A stretch of 32,000 bases of DNA from Gemmatimonadaceae bacterium (GCA_036493735.1 DASXPH010000106.1:29110-61109), one strand, 5' to 3'. Shown: positions 17,000-25,993, numbered from the stretch's first letter. Notes: generated by a model not told the origin, from the sequence alone. Translations and numbers: made by a program.

Positions 17000-18163
17000 A
17001 TGACCAGTGCAAGGCTCTCGACATTCATCCGACAGAATGCCGAACCCATCTTGTCGGAGTGGGAAGCCTTCGCGCGCACGCTGCCACGGGGCTCCTCGAT
17101 GGATGTCGATGCACTTCGCAATCACGCGAAGGCGATGCTCGAGGATATCGCCAGAGACATGGAGACGCCGCAAACCGAACGCGAGCGCTCTGACAAATCG
17201 AAGGGCGTGCTACCTCAACGGCACACCGTTGCCGCGACCGAGCACGGCCATGCCCGTGCCGGTAGCGGATTCACTGTCGTGGAGATGGTTGCGGAGTTTC
17301 GCGCACTCCGTGCGACAGTGATTCGCCTGTGGACCGCGCAGCTGCCGCAGTTTGCCCAGGCGGAAGCCGACGACTTGATCCGCTTCAATGAGGCGATCGA
17401 CCAGGCGGTTGCCGAGTCACTCGAGCGTTATGCTGGTGAGATCAACGAAACACGAGAGCGGTTTCTTGCGATCCTCGGGCACGATCTCAAGAATCCGCTC
17501 GGCGCGATCGCGGCCTCGGTGAGTTTGCTGCGGGAGACCGCATCAGCTGGCGCGGAGCGGTCGAAGGTGATTCAGATCATCCAGAATGCCACGTTACGCA
17601 TGACGAATCTCGTCGCCGACATGCTGGAGCTCGCACTCAGCCGTCTGGGCGACGACATGCCCGTTCGTATGAGTGAAGTGAATATGCGAGATGTGATCGA
17701 ACGTGTCGTCGCGGAGATCCGTGCGACATACCCCACTGCGCAGATCACGACGAGCTTCCACGGCGATCTCGCCGGTCATTGGGACGCGTCACGGTTGACG
17801 CAGGCTTTGACGAACCTGATTGCAAATGCGGCCCAACACGGCGACCTGAGTAAACCCATCCACGTCATCGGCCGCGGCGACCGGACGGAAGTGTCGATAG
17901 AGGTGCGCAACAGCGGCCCGACCATTGGCAGCGAGAGACTCCGTCAGCTGTTCGAAGGACGCAGCGCAGCCCGTGGCGAGAGCCGCGATCGACGGCATCT
18001 CGGACTTGGGCTTTTCATCGTCGACAAGATCGTCGCTGCTCACGGTGGCTCCATCGACGTGCGGTCGGCGAATTCCGAGACAGCTTTCGTCGTTCATCTA
18101 CCGAGAGCGGAGCTCGGCCGGAAACCCAAAGCTCCCAGACTCGAAAATCGCGCGTCGGCCTGA
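17000..18163 (+). CDS. Soluble sensor histidine kinase with an RsbRD_N-like N-terminal domain.
   Basis: 387 aa. The N-terminus LSTFIRQNAEPILSEWEAFART resembles the RsbRD N-terminal domain. H-box FLAILGHDLKNPLGAI. ATPase motifs NLIANAAQHG, VRNSGPTI, GLGLGLFIVDKIVAAHGGSI. Confidence 0.85.
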   Translation: MTSARLSTFIRQNAEPILSEWEAFARTLPRGSSMDVDALRNHAKAMLEDIARDMETPQTERERSDKSKGVLPQRHTVAATEHGHARAGSGFTVVEMVAEFRALRATVIRLWTAQLPQFAQAEADDLIRFNEAIDQAVAESLERYAGEINETRERFLAILGHDLKNPLGAIAASVSLLRETASAGAERSKVIQIIQNATLRMTNLVADMLELALSRLGDDMPVRMSEVNMRDVIERVVAEIRATYPTAQITTSFHGDLAGHWDASRLTQALTNLIANAAQHGDLSKPIHVIGRGDRTEVSIEVRNSGPTIGSERLRQLFEGRSAARGESRDRRHLGLGLFIVDKIVAAHGGSIDVRSANSETAFVVHLPRAELGRKPKAPRLENRASA

Positions 18164-18210
18164 CGGGGAGCGCTTCGTGCTGTCGATCAGTAGTTGATCG
18201 TCAAACCGTC

Positions 18211-18456
18211 GTGAATCCATTCGTGCTATTTGTCGGCATCGTCGCGCTGGGTGCCGGAGCGGGAGCCTATGCGCTCACAATGCGCGATCTAATTCGGCGA
18301 GGACGTCTCCATCGTCAGCGAGAGCGCTTGCTCGCCGCCGGACAGCCGATCGGTCTGCCTGATGGCCGCGTGCCTTGTCCTGAATGTGCCGAGGCGGTCC
18401 TCCCTCAGGCACGCCGCTGTCCGTACTGTCGCGCGACCATTCTCGGTCGCATCTGA
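18211..18456 (+). CDS. Small membrane-anchored zinc-ribbon protein, hypothetical.
   Basis: 81 aa with a GTG start. TM helix FVLFVGIVALGAGAGAYAL, then CPEC-(12 aa)-CPYC. Confidence 0.5.
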   Translation: MNPFVLFVGIVALGAGAGAYALTMRDLIRRGRLHRQRERLLAAGQPIGLPDGRVPCPECAEAVLPQARRCPYCRATILGRI

Positions 18457-18472
18457 CGCCGCGGCGGCAAGA

Positions 18473-18579
18473 GGCGCGACGTCCCGAACGGCGCGACGTC
18501 CGGAACGGCGGAGCCTTCGCAACACCGCGCTCTTTGGAACTCAGCGCCGTTTGGAACTCAGCGCCCTTGGATTCCCTAA
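18473..18579. repeat. 17-nt tandem-unit array 2 (3 type-1 units followed by 3 type-2 units), between convergent genes.
   Basis: GGCGCGACGTCCCGAAC (18473), GGCGCGACGTCCGGAAC (18490), GGCGGAGCCTTCGCAAC (18507), then GCTCTTTGGAACTCAGC (18529), GCCGTTTGGAACTCAGC (18546), GCCCTTGGATTCCCTAA (18563). The two halves are imperfectly complementary, giving a possible bidirectional terminator hairpin. Confidence 0.85.
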
Positions 18580-20057
18580 CGTTGCGTGCGCTGCCGAGCG
18601 AATAGAAGGTTGAATATGCGCACCCCGCTCACACCGCCGTTTCCGTCGGGAACGAACGTCAACACCGTCGGGCGGCCGCCGCTCGACTTCGTGCGGAACG
18701 CGTCGTAGCTGACCGGCTCGAGCGGCACGGCAGGATCGGTGACTACCGCGGCCTCGAGAGCGCCATTCTGAAAGGTTACGCGTACGTCGCCATAGGCCGA
18801 ATCGACGTACGTCCCGGCGTAACGCTCGAGTGGTAAGGACGGAGGCGACGTCGTACGCCCGCTTTGCGCCACCTGCGTCCGCGGGGGCCGCGCGAAGATC
18901 GGCTTGAGATCGACACTCCAGTCGCGGCGCGGACCATTGTCGAAGAGGTCGAACACGGTGTACATCAGGCCGTGGCGGAGCTCCGCGTGGTCGAGGTTCT
19001 CGAGCACGTAGACGCCGAGTCGTTTGTTCGGCTCGATGCCGATGATCGCGCAGAGGCCGTTGATGCTGCCGGTGTGCATCCAGACGTGCTGGCCGCGATA
19101 GTCCTGGATGAACCAGCCCAAGCCGTAGCTGAAGAAGTCGGGCTTCGCGAGCTGAAGCGCCGGGTACTCTTCCATCGGTGCCTGAATCTGTGGCGTGACC
19201 AACTCGGCGAAGGTGCTCTGCTTGATCAGACGCTTGTCGCCCACGCGCCCGCTGTCGATCACGAAGCGCATCCACTTGGCCATATCCGCCACGCTCGACC
19301 AGACGCTTCCCGCGGACGCCACGCCATCGGTGGACCGTACCGGTACGATCATCACGGAATCGCCAACGAGCGCGTGCGGCACGGCAACGTTAGGCTTGCC
19401 CATGATCATCGAGACGAGCGGCTCCGTCTCGTTCATGCCGAGCGGGGTGAAGAGGCGCGTCTTGACGAACTGCTCCCACGGCATGCCGGAGACGCGCTCG
19501 ATGATCAACCCGTTGAGGGCGTACATGACATTGTGATACTGCCACTCCGAGCGGAACGAAGCCGTTGGTTCGATGTAGCGAAGGCGCCGGATGATGTCGG
19601 CCTCACTGTACTTCCAGTTCGACGCCCAGAACAAATCGGTGCCGGGAAGACCGCTGCGATGCGTGAGGAGGTCGCGGATCGTGATCTCACGCGTGACCCA
19701 TGGATCGTGCAGCTGGAGCTCGGGGATGTATTTCGTGACGGGGTCATCGAGCTTGAGCTTGCCCTCGTCCACGAGCATGGCGAGCAACGCGGACGTCATC
19801 GCTTTGGTCGTCGATCCGATCGCAAAGCGCGTGTGCTCGTTGGCAGGCTGCGGCTTTCCCTTCTCCAGCACGCCGTAGCCCTTGGCGAAGACGACCGAGT
19901 CGTCCTTGACGACCGCGATCGCGAGCGCCGGTATGCGCCAGTCAGCGGCGGCCTTTGCGACGTATTTGTCGAACGCGGCCCAGTCGGGTTTGGCCTGCGC
20001 GCCGAGCGTCTGCGCGGCGATGAGCAGCGCCGCCGGCAACCATCTTTGTGCTCTCAC
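18576..20057 (-). CDS. Secreted serine hydrolase / class C beta-lactamase-family protein.
   Basis: Start moved to GTG 20057, giving signal peptide (M)RAQRWLPAALLIAAQTLGAQA. S-x-x-K motif GSTTKAM and YHN motif. The C-terminal ~100 aa beta-domain is typical of this family. The longer track ORF runs through the heptamer repeat (LNAQR peptides) and is rejected. Confidence 0.85.
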   Translation of the reverse strand: MRAQRWLPAALLIAAQTLGAQAKPDWAAFDKYVAKAAADWRIPALAIAVVKDDSVVFAKGYGVLEKGKPQPANEHTRFAIGSTTKAMTSALLAMLVDEGKLKLDDPVTKYIPELQLHDPWVTREITIRDLLTHRSGLPGTDLFWASNWKYSEADIIRRLRYIEPTASFRSEWQYHNVMYALNGLIIERVSGMPWEQFVKTRLFTPLGMNETEPLVSMIMGKPNVAVPHALVGDSVMIVPVRSTDGVASAGSVWSSVADMAKWMRFVIDSGRVGDKRLIKQSTFAELVTPQIQAPMEEYPALQLAKPDFFSYGLGWFIQDYRGQHVWMHTGSINGLCAIIGIEPNKRLGVYVLENLDHAELRHGLMYTVFDLFDNGPRRDWSVDLKPIFARPPRTQVAQSGRTTSPPSLPLERYAGTYVDSAYGDVRVTFQNGALEAAVVTDPAVPLEPVSYDAFRTKSSGGRPTVLTFVPDGNGGVSGVRIFNLLFARQRTQR

Positions 20058-20142
20058 TTCGTTGTCCGTCCGGTAGAAAGTTGAGTTCAGCTTCAGAGTC
20101 GACGGCAATGATGAGGGGCGGGCATGCGTAGGGGAAGACGTG

Positions 20143-20253
20143 GAGCGTTGGGCGTGGTGCGTTGCGCGTTGAGCGTTGAGCGTGAGGCGCTGACTGCTGG
20201 TGACTGACATCCCAACGCTCAACGCACAACGCCCAACGCTCAACGCTCAACGC
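20143..20253. repeat. Inverted arrays of the 7-nt unit, second copy: GCGTTGA-type units at 20143-20193 and TCAACGC-type units at 20212-20253.
   Basis: Left arm: GCGTTGG GCGTGGT GCGTTGC GCGTTGA GCGTTGA GCGTGAG GCGCTGA. Loop of about 18 nt. Right arm: CCAACGC TCAACGC ACAACGC CCAACGC TCAACGC TCAACGC. It sits at the 3' end of the M28 peptidase gene (stop at 20247-20249, inside the right arm) and upstream of the hydrolase gene. Confidence 0.85.
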
Positions 20254-21485
20254 ACAGTTGCTCCCACCAGCCGTCCAATCGCGCCGAGTGTTGTCTGAGC
20301 CGACGTCAGGCCGAGCATGAAATCTTTGTCAGTGAACGTCGTGAGAACATCGGTCGGTTGATGATGCGTCGGATCCCAGTTGCCGCCGATCTGTGATCCC
20401 CGTTCGTTCTCGCGTAGGCTCAGCGCCGGCACCAGGTCCTTGAATGGATCCGAATCCGTATTGCTCATATGCGGGCCGACCGCGGCGGGATACTCCGTTG
20501 CGTACTTCTCGTTCGCGGCGCGCCAGAAGAAGGCGAGCTTCATCGCTTCGTCAGCGAACTTCGACGTGCTCGCGAACTCGATGTTGATGTCCGCTCCGGC
20601 ACGCTGCTCGGGCGAGAGCTTCCCGTCGGGAGTGGGCGGACCGTGATCGACCATCATCATGTCGTGCTGAATCATCGCGAGCCATTTCGGCTCCGGGTAT
20701 TTGCCGGATCCCGCTGGGATCTCCTTCCCCTGCATCGCTGCACGCTGGTCGACATAGGCGTGTGCGCCATTGAGTCCCGTCTCCTCGTTGTTCCAGAGCG
20801 CAAACCGGATGGAGCGCTCCGTCCGGACATCGGGCATCGAGAAGATGCGCGCGAGCTCCATCACGATCGCTGAGCCGGAGGCGTCGTCGTTCACGGCCTG
20901 ACCCCAGCCGATGCCGTCCATGTGGCCGCCGATGATGTACATCTCGTTAGGGTACTTCGTCCCCACCTTCATGCAGATCACTTCCTGCCGCTCGCCCGGC
21001 GTGGTCGGCTCCATGTCGATCGCGCGGATCTTGGGATCGGGCTGGGCCAACGAATCGTTGTTCGCGCCATGTTCACGCATGTCGCTGAAGATGCGGCTAC
21101 CGCCAGGTCCGTTGCCGGCGTAGCCATGGCCGTTGGATGACGTCACGGGTCCGCGCCCACGGCCGCCGCGCTGCGTTGGTGGAGGCGGGTTGTACTGATA
21201 GGTGATTCGCTCGACGTTCTGACACCCGTACTGCTTGAGCTGCGCCTCGATCCAGTCGACCGCGTCCCGATTGCGCTTCGTGCCCTGCCGACGATCGCCG
21301 AACTGGGCGAGTCCTTTGATGGTGTTCTTGTATCGCTCGAGGTCGAGACGATTGACGAGGAGCTGCACCGGATCGTTCGTCGTATCTGTCCCGGCTAGTG
21401 TAGCGGCACCGCTACTCTGCGCCGCCGCGCTCGAGGCCACTGAAATGAACGAACCGCATCCGATGATGAGTGCAAAGAGTCGCAC
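20247..21485 (-). CDS. Secreted M28-family metallo-aminopeptidase.
   Basis: 412 aa, GTG start, signal peptide MRLFALIIGCGSFISVASSAAAQ. Zinc-ligand motifs GGHMDG, NDDASGSAIVMELAR and NNEETGLNGA. Confidence 0.88.
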   Translation of the reverse strand: MRLFALIIGCGSFISVASSAAAQSSGAATLAGTDTTNDPVQLLVNRLDLERYKNTIKGLAQFGDRRQGTKRNRDAVDWIEAQLKQYGCQNVERITYQYNPPPPTQRGGRGRGPVTSSNGHGYAGNGPGGSRIFSDMREHGANNDSLAQPDPKIRAIDMEPTTPGERQEVICMKVGTKYPNEMYIIGGHMDGIGWGQAVNDDASGSAIVMELARIFSMPDVRTERSIRFALWNNEETGLNGAHAYVDQRAAMQGKEIPAGSGKYPEPKWLAMIQHDMMMVDHGPPTPDGKLSPEQRAGADINIEFASTSKFADEAMKLAFFWRAANEKYATEYPAAVGPHMSNTDSDPFKDLVPALSLRENERGSQIGGNWDPTHHQPTDVLTTFTDKDFMLGLTSAQTTLGAIGRLVGATVR

Positions 21486-21603
21486 GAGATCGCTCCGCGA
21501 TGTGGGTAACGCGGAAATTCTACCTCGTGATCGCGTCGCTCACCATGACAGGTGGCTTACTCTTCACTGAACACAAACCCTACCCTCGAAAGGAGCGGGC
21601 GCA

Positions 21604-22200
21604 ATGTCGAAGGTAGTCGCAATCATGTCCATGTCGCTCGACGGCTACGTGGCCGACCGCAACGATGGTGTTGCCGAAGTGTTCGACTGGTACATGCACT
21701 CGGGGAACGTCGAATTTCAGACTGGAGGGTCGGACCCGATGACGTTCAAAGTGTCCGCTCCGAGTGCCGAGCACCTTCGCGATCTCTGGTCTGAGCTTGG
21801 TGCCGTGCTTACCGGTCGACGCACCTTCGACAAGGCCGAAGGCTGGGGCGGAAACCACGCCTGGGGACCAGCATTCGTTCTCACCCACGACATCCCCGCC
21901 GGATGGCCCCGACCCAACTCGACAATCCACTTCGTGACCGACGGCATCGAAAGGGCCGTGAAGCAGGCGAAGGCCGCCGCCGGAGGCAAGGCGGTTGGGG
22001 TCCACGGCGCTGACACCATCCAGCAGTTACTGAATGTTGGACTTCTCGACGAGCTCTCCATCGACATCGCCGCGGTGCTTCTTGGCTCCGGCGTTCGCCT
22101 CTTCGACCATCTCGCCGGCACGCCGTCCGTCCTTGGCAACCCGACGGTGATCGCGGGAGTCGGCGTAACGCACTTGCGCTATGCCGTACGGAAATCGTGA
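21604..22200 (+). CDS. Dihydrofolate reductase-like protein (RibD C-terminal domain family).
   Basis: 198 aa. AIMSMSLDGYVAD...LTGRRTF...LLDELSIDIAAVLLGSGVRLF, typical of RibD_C/DHFR-like proteins. AAGGAG lies upstream of the ATG. Confidence 0.85.
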   Translation: MSKVVAIMSMSLDGYVADRNDGVAEVFDWYMHSGNVEFQTGGSDPMTFKVSAPSAEHLRDLWSELGAVLTGRRTFDKAEGWGGNHAWGPAFVLTHDIPAGWPRPNSTIHFVTDGIERAVKQAKAAAGGKAVGVHGADTIQQLLNVGLLDELSIDIAAVLLGSGVRLFDHLAGTPSVLGNPTVIAGVGVTHLRYAVRKS

Positions 22201-22244
22201 ACTTGGGCGGACGTGACATACGATGTCGTCGTCGCGCAACTCGC

Positions 22245-22589
22245 TCACCGCACGAGTTGCAGCGTCCCCGTCAACGCGTCGATCGCGGCGTCATTCGCCG
22301 GCCCTATTCCGAGACACGTTGCCGTGCCGGGAGCAACCACCGTGCGTCCTGCATCGCGGATCAAGTCCGCAGGCAGTGCGGCGGCGATCGCCTGACGCTC
22401 CAGCTCCAGTAGCTGCGTCTCGTCGTCAACGCGGAGCACGACCTTGGGCATGCCCTCTTCGAGCCATTGGCGGAGATCATCGTGCGCACGGACAGCGAGT
22501 AGCGCCGAGACCGATGCATGCGCGACCTGTGCTGCGAGCTTGCCGCGCGGGAGCCGCAGCGCTTCGTTGACGATAATGACCTGTTTCAT
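22245..22589 (-). CDS. pth2: Peptidyl-tRNA hydrolase, PTH2 (archaeal/eukaryotic-type) family.
   Basis: 114 aa. MKQVIIVNEALRLPRGKLAAQVAHASV...GMPKVVLRV...IRDAGRTVVAPGTATCLGIGP...TGTLQL matches the conserved blocks of PTH2. Confidence 0.85.
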   Translation of the reverse strand: MKQVIIVNEALRLPRGKLAAQVAHASVSALLAVRAHDDLRQWLEEGMPKVVLRVDDETQLLELERQAIAAALPADLIRDAGRTVVAPGTATCLGIGPANDAAIDALTGTLQLVR

Positions 22590-22600
22590 GAAGGGAAATT

Positions 22601-22733
22601 GAACGGCGCCGCCCGCCGTTTGGAACTCAGCGCTGTTTGGGACCGGGCGCCGTTTGGAAGTCAGCGCCGTTTGGAAGTCAGCGCCGTTTGGAAGTCAGCG
22701 CCGTTCGGAACTTCGCGCCCTTCCTAGTTTCGC
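22601..22733. repeat. 17-nt tandem-unit array 3 (a vestigial type-1 end followed by about 7 type-2 units, 3 of them identical).
   Basis: GAACGGCGCC (22601), then GCCGTTTGGAACTCAGC (22615), GCTGTTTGGGACCGGGC (22632), GCCGTTTGGAAGTCAGC three times (22649, 22666, 22683), GCCGTTCGGAACTTCGC (22700) and the degenerate GCCCTTCCTAGTTTCGC (22717). It lies between the pth2 start and the PadR-D promoter. Confidence 0.9.
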
Positions 22734-22759
22734 GGATGACAGGGTCCCGACCACCATTT

Positions 22760-22810
22760 CCTTGACATTCTAGGGAATCCCCATATCATGTCCTAGACAT
22801 TCTTGGGAAT
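22760..22810 (+). promoter_or_regulatory. PadR-D promoter with two direct operator-like boxes 32 bp apart.
   Basis: TTGACA (22762-22767), 16 nt, TATCAT (22784-22789). Boxes are CCTTGACATTCTAGGGAAT (22760-22778) and CCTAGACATTCTTGGGAAT (22792-22810), 17/19 identical. Each contains an ATTC-N4-GAAT mini-palindrome. The 11-mer TTGACATTCTA is identical to the PadR-B operator arm. Confidence 0.55.
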
Positions 22811-22814
22811 GATC

Positions 22815-23159
22815 ATGCCTGCCTCCGCGGTCGACGTTCTTCAGGGTACCCTCGACGTGCTCGTGCTCAAGGCGCTCTCGTGGGGCCCGCGACACGGCCA
22901 CGGCGTCGCCCGCGTCATCCGCGACACCACGTCCGGCACGCTCGACGTCACCGACGGCTCGCTCTACGTCGCCCTGCACCGCCTCGAGGAGCGCGGCCTC
23001 ATCGAGAGCGAATGGGGGCTCTCCGACAAGGGCAAGCGTGCCCGCTTCTACGAGCTCACCGCCGCCGGACGCCAGCAGCTCAAGAGCGAGATCGCGGCGT
23101 GGCAGCGCTACGCGCAGTCAGTCACCCGACTGCTCACCGCCACTGCCCAGCCGGCCTAA
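22815..23159 (+). CDS. PadR-family transcriptional regulator, 'PadR-D'.
   Basis: [35 protein letters not shown]...[40 protein letters not shown]. Alternative in-frame starts at 22803 (TTG) and 22809 (ATG). The stop is 2 nt before the permease D ATG. Confidence 0.9.
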   Translation: MPASAVDVLQGTLDVLVLKALSWGPRHGHGVARVIRDTTSGTLDVTDGSLYVALHRLEERGLIESEWGLSDKGKRARFYELTAAGRQQLKSEIAAWQRYAQSVTRLLTATAQPA

Positions 23160-23161
23160 CG

Positions 23162-25831
23162 ATGCCGTCGCCGAGGTGGCGCAGGTACCTCCGCTTCTGG
23201 CGGAGCGACGTCGACGGCGACCTCGATGAGGAATTCCGCTTTCACGTGGATGCCGAAGCGGAATACCTCGTCGCGCGCGGCTGGTCGGCTGAGGCGGCGC
23301 GCGACGAAGCGCTTCGGCTGTTCGGAGATGTCGACGCGTTCCGACGGGACGCCCGCGCCGCGGACGAACGTCGCATGGGGCGCGCCCAGCGCAAGGAGAA
23401 TCTCGCCGTGCTGCTACAAGACCTTCGCTTCGCCCTTCGCTCCCTGCGCCGCCAGCCGGCGTTCACCGCGATCGCCGTCATCACTCTTGCGTTGGGCATC
23501 GGCGCCAACACAGCGATCTTCAGCGTCGTCAACGGCGTGATGCTTAAGCCCCTTCCCTATCGCGAGCCGAAGCAGCTCGTGATGCTGTGGGAGACGATGC
23601 CGGGCGGCGACCGTCCACTCCTCTCCTATCCGAACTACCTGGACTGGCGCCAGCGGCAGCGCGGCTTCGAGGACATCGCGGTCTACAATCCCTTTCCCGG
23701 GTTCACCATGACGGGACAGGGCGATGCGGCGGACATCAACGGCTCGCTGGTGACGGGAAACTATCTCCAGCTCCTGGGCTTGCACCCGGCGCTCGGGCGG
23801 CTGATCGCGGCGAGGGACGATTCGTTAGGCGCCGCGCCCGTCGTCGTCCTCCGCTATGGCTTCTTCCAATCACATTTTGGCGGCGATCCATCGGTGATCG
23901 GCCGCACGCTGCTGCTCGATAACGTCGCGTATACCGTCATCGGCGTGCTGTCACCGGACGCGCGCGTCTCCTACCGCGCGGGCGACGCTGATCCCGACGT
24001 CGTCCTACCACTCGGGCTCTTCGTGAAGGAACCTATGTACAACCGGACAAGTCCCGTTCTCTTCGGAGTCGGGCGTCTCAAGCCCGGTGTCAGCCTCGAG
24101 CGCGCGCTGGCCGACTTGCAGCGGGTGAGTGCCGAGTTGCGCGCTGAGTATCCAAAAGAGAACGCCGGGGTCGGCGCGGGCGGCGCGCCGATGATGGACA
24201 TGGTAGTGAAGTTCATCAAGCCGGCGCTCAGGATCATGACGGTCGCGGTGGCGCTCGTGCTGCTGATCGCGTGCGCCAACGTCGCCAACCTCGTGCTCTC
24301 GCGGTCCACGGCGCGTCGGCGCGAGTTCGCTGTGCGTACGGCACTCGGCGCGGACCGCGGTCGTATCGTGCGCCAGGTGCTGACGGAGAGCGTTGTGCTC
24401 GCGCTCGCGGGCGGCGTGCTCGGCGTCGGCATCGCGGTGCTCGGCGTGAAGCTGCTCCCCGTCGGGATGGATCCGCGCGGGGTGCCGCGCTTCGCGGAAA
24501 TCACCGTGAATCAGACCGCGTTGCTGTTCGCGATTGCAGTGTCGGTACTCACGGGCGTGCTGTTCGGTCTCGCCCCCGCGATCCACTCAGGAAACACACA
24601 GCTCGTGAACGGGCTCAAAGAGGGTGGCCGCGGAACGAGCGGTGCATCGAAGCAGCGGACGCAGGCTATCCTGACGATTGCGGAAGTGGCGCTTGCCGCC
24701 GTGCTGCTGACAGCATCCGGATTGCTCGTGCGCAGCTTCGTCAAGCTGACCGCGGTCGACCCCGGATTCCAGCCGGCGCACGTCGTCGGCGCTGTCTTGC
24801 AGCTATCATCGGGCAAGTACCCCAATGCCGGTCGGGCGCGCGGGGCGCTGGACGAGTTGCTCGCCAAGGTGCGCGCGATTCCAGGATTGGAGAGCGCAAC
24901 GATGGGCTCGAGCACGCCGATCAGCCCACACTCGGAGTCGGCGGTGTCCTTCGAGTCACGTCCCGAGCCCGACGCGAGCAAGTTGCCGCGGCTGAACACC
25001 GCGGTGGTGGAACCGAACTACTTCGAGACGTTGCGGATCACGCTCACGAAAGGCAGAGCGTTCACGCCATCGGACGCAGCCGGCCAACCACAGGTCGCCG
25101 TAATCAGCGAGCGCGTGGCGAGGAAGTTCTTTCGGAAGACCAATCCGATCGGTGCGCGGCTCAAGCTCGGTCAGGCAGACGATACGAGTGCATGGCGCAC
25201 GGTCGTTGGCGTCGTGAAGGAGACGCGAACGGACGGGCTGAACGAGGCTCCCCACGGCACCGTGTATCTTCCGCGCGCACAGGAGGAGATGCGCGGCGGG
25301 TGGCTCATGGTTCGCAGCACGCTGCCCACCGAAGAGATCGCGCGGCTGCTGCGCGAAAGTCTCCGCGCAGTGGACCGTGACGTCCCGCTGGCGTTCGTGC
25401 AAACGATGGATGCCGCGCTCGACGAGGAGTTGCAGCACCCGAAGTCCTCGATGCTGCTGCTGGCGCTCCTCGCGGCGGTGGCACTCGCGCTGGCGTCGGT
25501 GGGCATCTACGGCGTGATCTCGTACAACGTCACGCAGCGCACGACCGAGATCGGGGTGCGCGTCGCGCTTGGCGCGCAGCGCCGCGACGTCGTGGCGCTG
25601 GTGGTGGGCCAGGCAATGACGATGGCCGCTGTCGGCGTCGGCATCGGGGTGCTGCTGGCGCTCTGGGCGGGCAAGGGTCTCAGCAGGATGTTGTTCGGAG
25701 TGGGGCCGCACGATCCGCTGGCCCTGGGAGGCGCGAGCGTGTTCCTGCTCGTCGTCGCGCTGGTCGCCGCGCTGGCGCCGGCATTGCGTGCGTCACGCAT
25801 CGATCCCACGATCGCGATGCGCGCAGACTAA
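23162..25831 (+). CDS. ADOP-type duplicated FtsX/MacB permease with N-terminal prefix domain ('permease D').
   Basis: Start moved to ATG 23162 (residue 95 of track ORF 22880..25831). [57 protein letters not shown]..., then [35 protein letters not shown]. Two FtsX units. C-terminus [12 protein letters not shown]...[14 protein letters not shown]. Confidence 0.92.
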   Translation: MPSPRWRRYLRFWRSDVDGDLDEEFRFHVDAEAEYLVARGWSAEAARDEALRLFGDVDAFRRDARAADERRMGRAQRKENLAVLLQDLRFALRSLRRQPAFTAIAVITLALGIGANTAIFSVVNGVMLKPLPYREPKQLVMLWETMPGGDRPLLSYPNYLDWRQRQRGFEDIAVYNPFPGFTMTGQGDAADINGSLVTGNYLQLLGLHPALGRLIAARDDSLGAAPVVVLRYGFFQSHFGGDPSVIGRTLLLDNVAYTVIGVLSPDARVSYRAGDADPDVVLPLGLFVKEPMYNRTSPVLFGVGRLKPGVSLERALADLQRVSAELRAEYPKENAGVGAGGAPMMDMVVKFIKPALRIMTVAVALVLLIACANVANLVLSRSTARRREFAVRTALGADRGRIVRQVLTESVVLALAGGVLGVGIAVLGVKLLPVGMDPRGVPRFAEITVNQTALLFAIAVSVLTGVLFGLAPAIHSGNTQLVNGLKEGGRGTSGASKQRTQAILTIAEVALAAVLLTASGLLVRSFVKLTAVDPGFQPAHVVGAVLQLSSGKYPNAGRARGALDELLAKVRAIPGLESATMGSSTPISPHSESAVSFESRPEPDASKLPRLNTAVVEPNYFETLRITLTKGRAFTPSDAAGQPQVAVISERVARKFFRKTNPIGARLKLGQADDTSAWRTVVGVVKETRTDGLNEAPHGTVYLPRAQEEMRGGWLMVRSTLPTEEIARLLRESLRAVDRDVPLAFVQTMDAALDEELQHPKSSMLLLALLAAVALALASVGIYGVISYNVTQRTTEIGVRVALGAQRRDVVALVVGQAMTMAAVGVGIGVLLALWAGKGLSRMLFGVGPHDPLALGGASVFLLVVALVAALAPALRASRIDPTIAMRAD

Positions 25832-25834
25832 CGC

Positions 25835-25915
25835 CGCTGAAATTCCCAAACGGCGCGAAGTTCCGCCGTTTGGAAGTCAGCGAAGTCGGGCACTCCGCGC
25901 CGTTTGGACCTCTGC
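25835..25915. repeat. 17-nt tandem-unit array 4 (degenerate type-1 units followed by type-2 units), including a 10-bp stem hairpin just after the permease D stop.
   Basis: CGCTGAAATTCCCAAAC, GGCGCGAAGTTCC, then GCCGTTTGGAAGTCAGC (25865), GAAGTCGGGCACTCCGC (25882), GCCGTTTGGACCTCTGC (25899). Hairpin: CCAAACGGCG (25846-25855), 8-nt loop, CGCCGTTTGG (25864-25873). No U-tract follows it. Confidence 0.8.
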
Positions 25916-25963
25916 GACTTTCGCCCCCAGGCTCCAAACCCTTCGAACGCCGCGGTTGTCTTA

Positions 25964-25982
25964 CCTTCAGACCATCTGAAGG
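25964..25982 (+). promoter_or_regulatory. Palindrome CCTTCAGA-N3-TCTGAAGG abutting the PadR-E ribosome-binding site (candidate operator).
   Basis: 8-bp perfect arms at 25964-25971 and 25975-25982, followed directly by AAGGAG (25983-25988) and the GTG start at 25994. I could not find a convincing -35/-10 pair. Confidence 0.35.
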
Positions 25983-25993
25983 AAGGAGATCCC

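Noticed and set aside
20058-20243. Upstream extension of the serine hydrolase ORF, encoding LNAQR-type repeats.
   Set aside because: It is a translation of the heptamer DNA repeat. The GTG at 20057 gives a normal signal peptide ending in AQA.
22201-22244. Small palindrome GACAT-ACG-ATGTC between the convergent DHFR-like and pth2 genes, considered as a terminator.
   Set aside because: The stem is 5 bp with no U-tract. It is not distinguishable from chance.
22601-22733. Possible CRISPR array, because of the regularly repeated units. The same question applies to the other four 17-nt arrays.
   Set aside because: The units are only 17 nt long and directly abut each other with no unique spacers. 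No cas genes are present. These are tandem repeats, not CRISPR.
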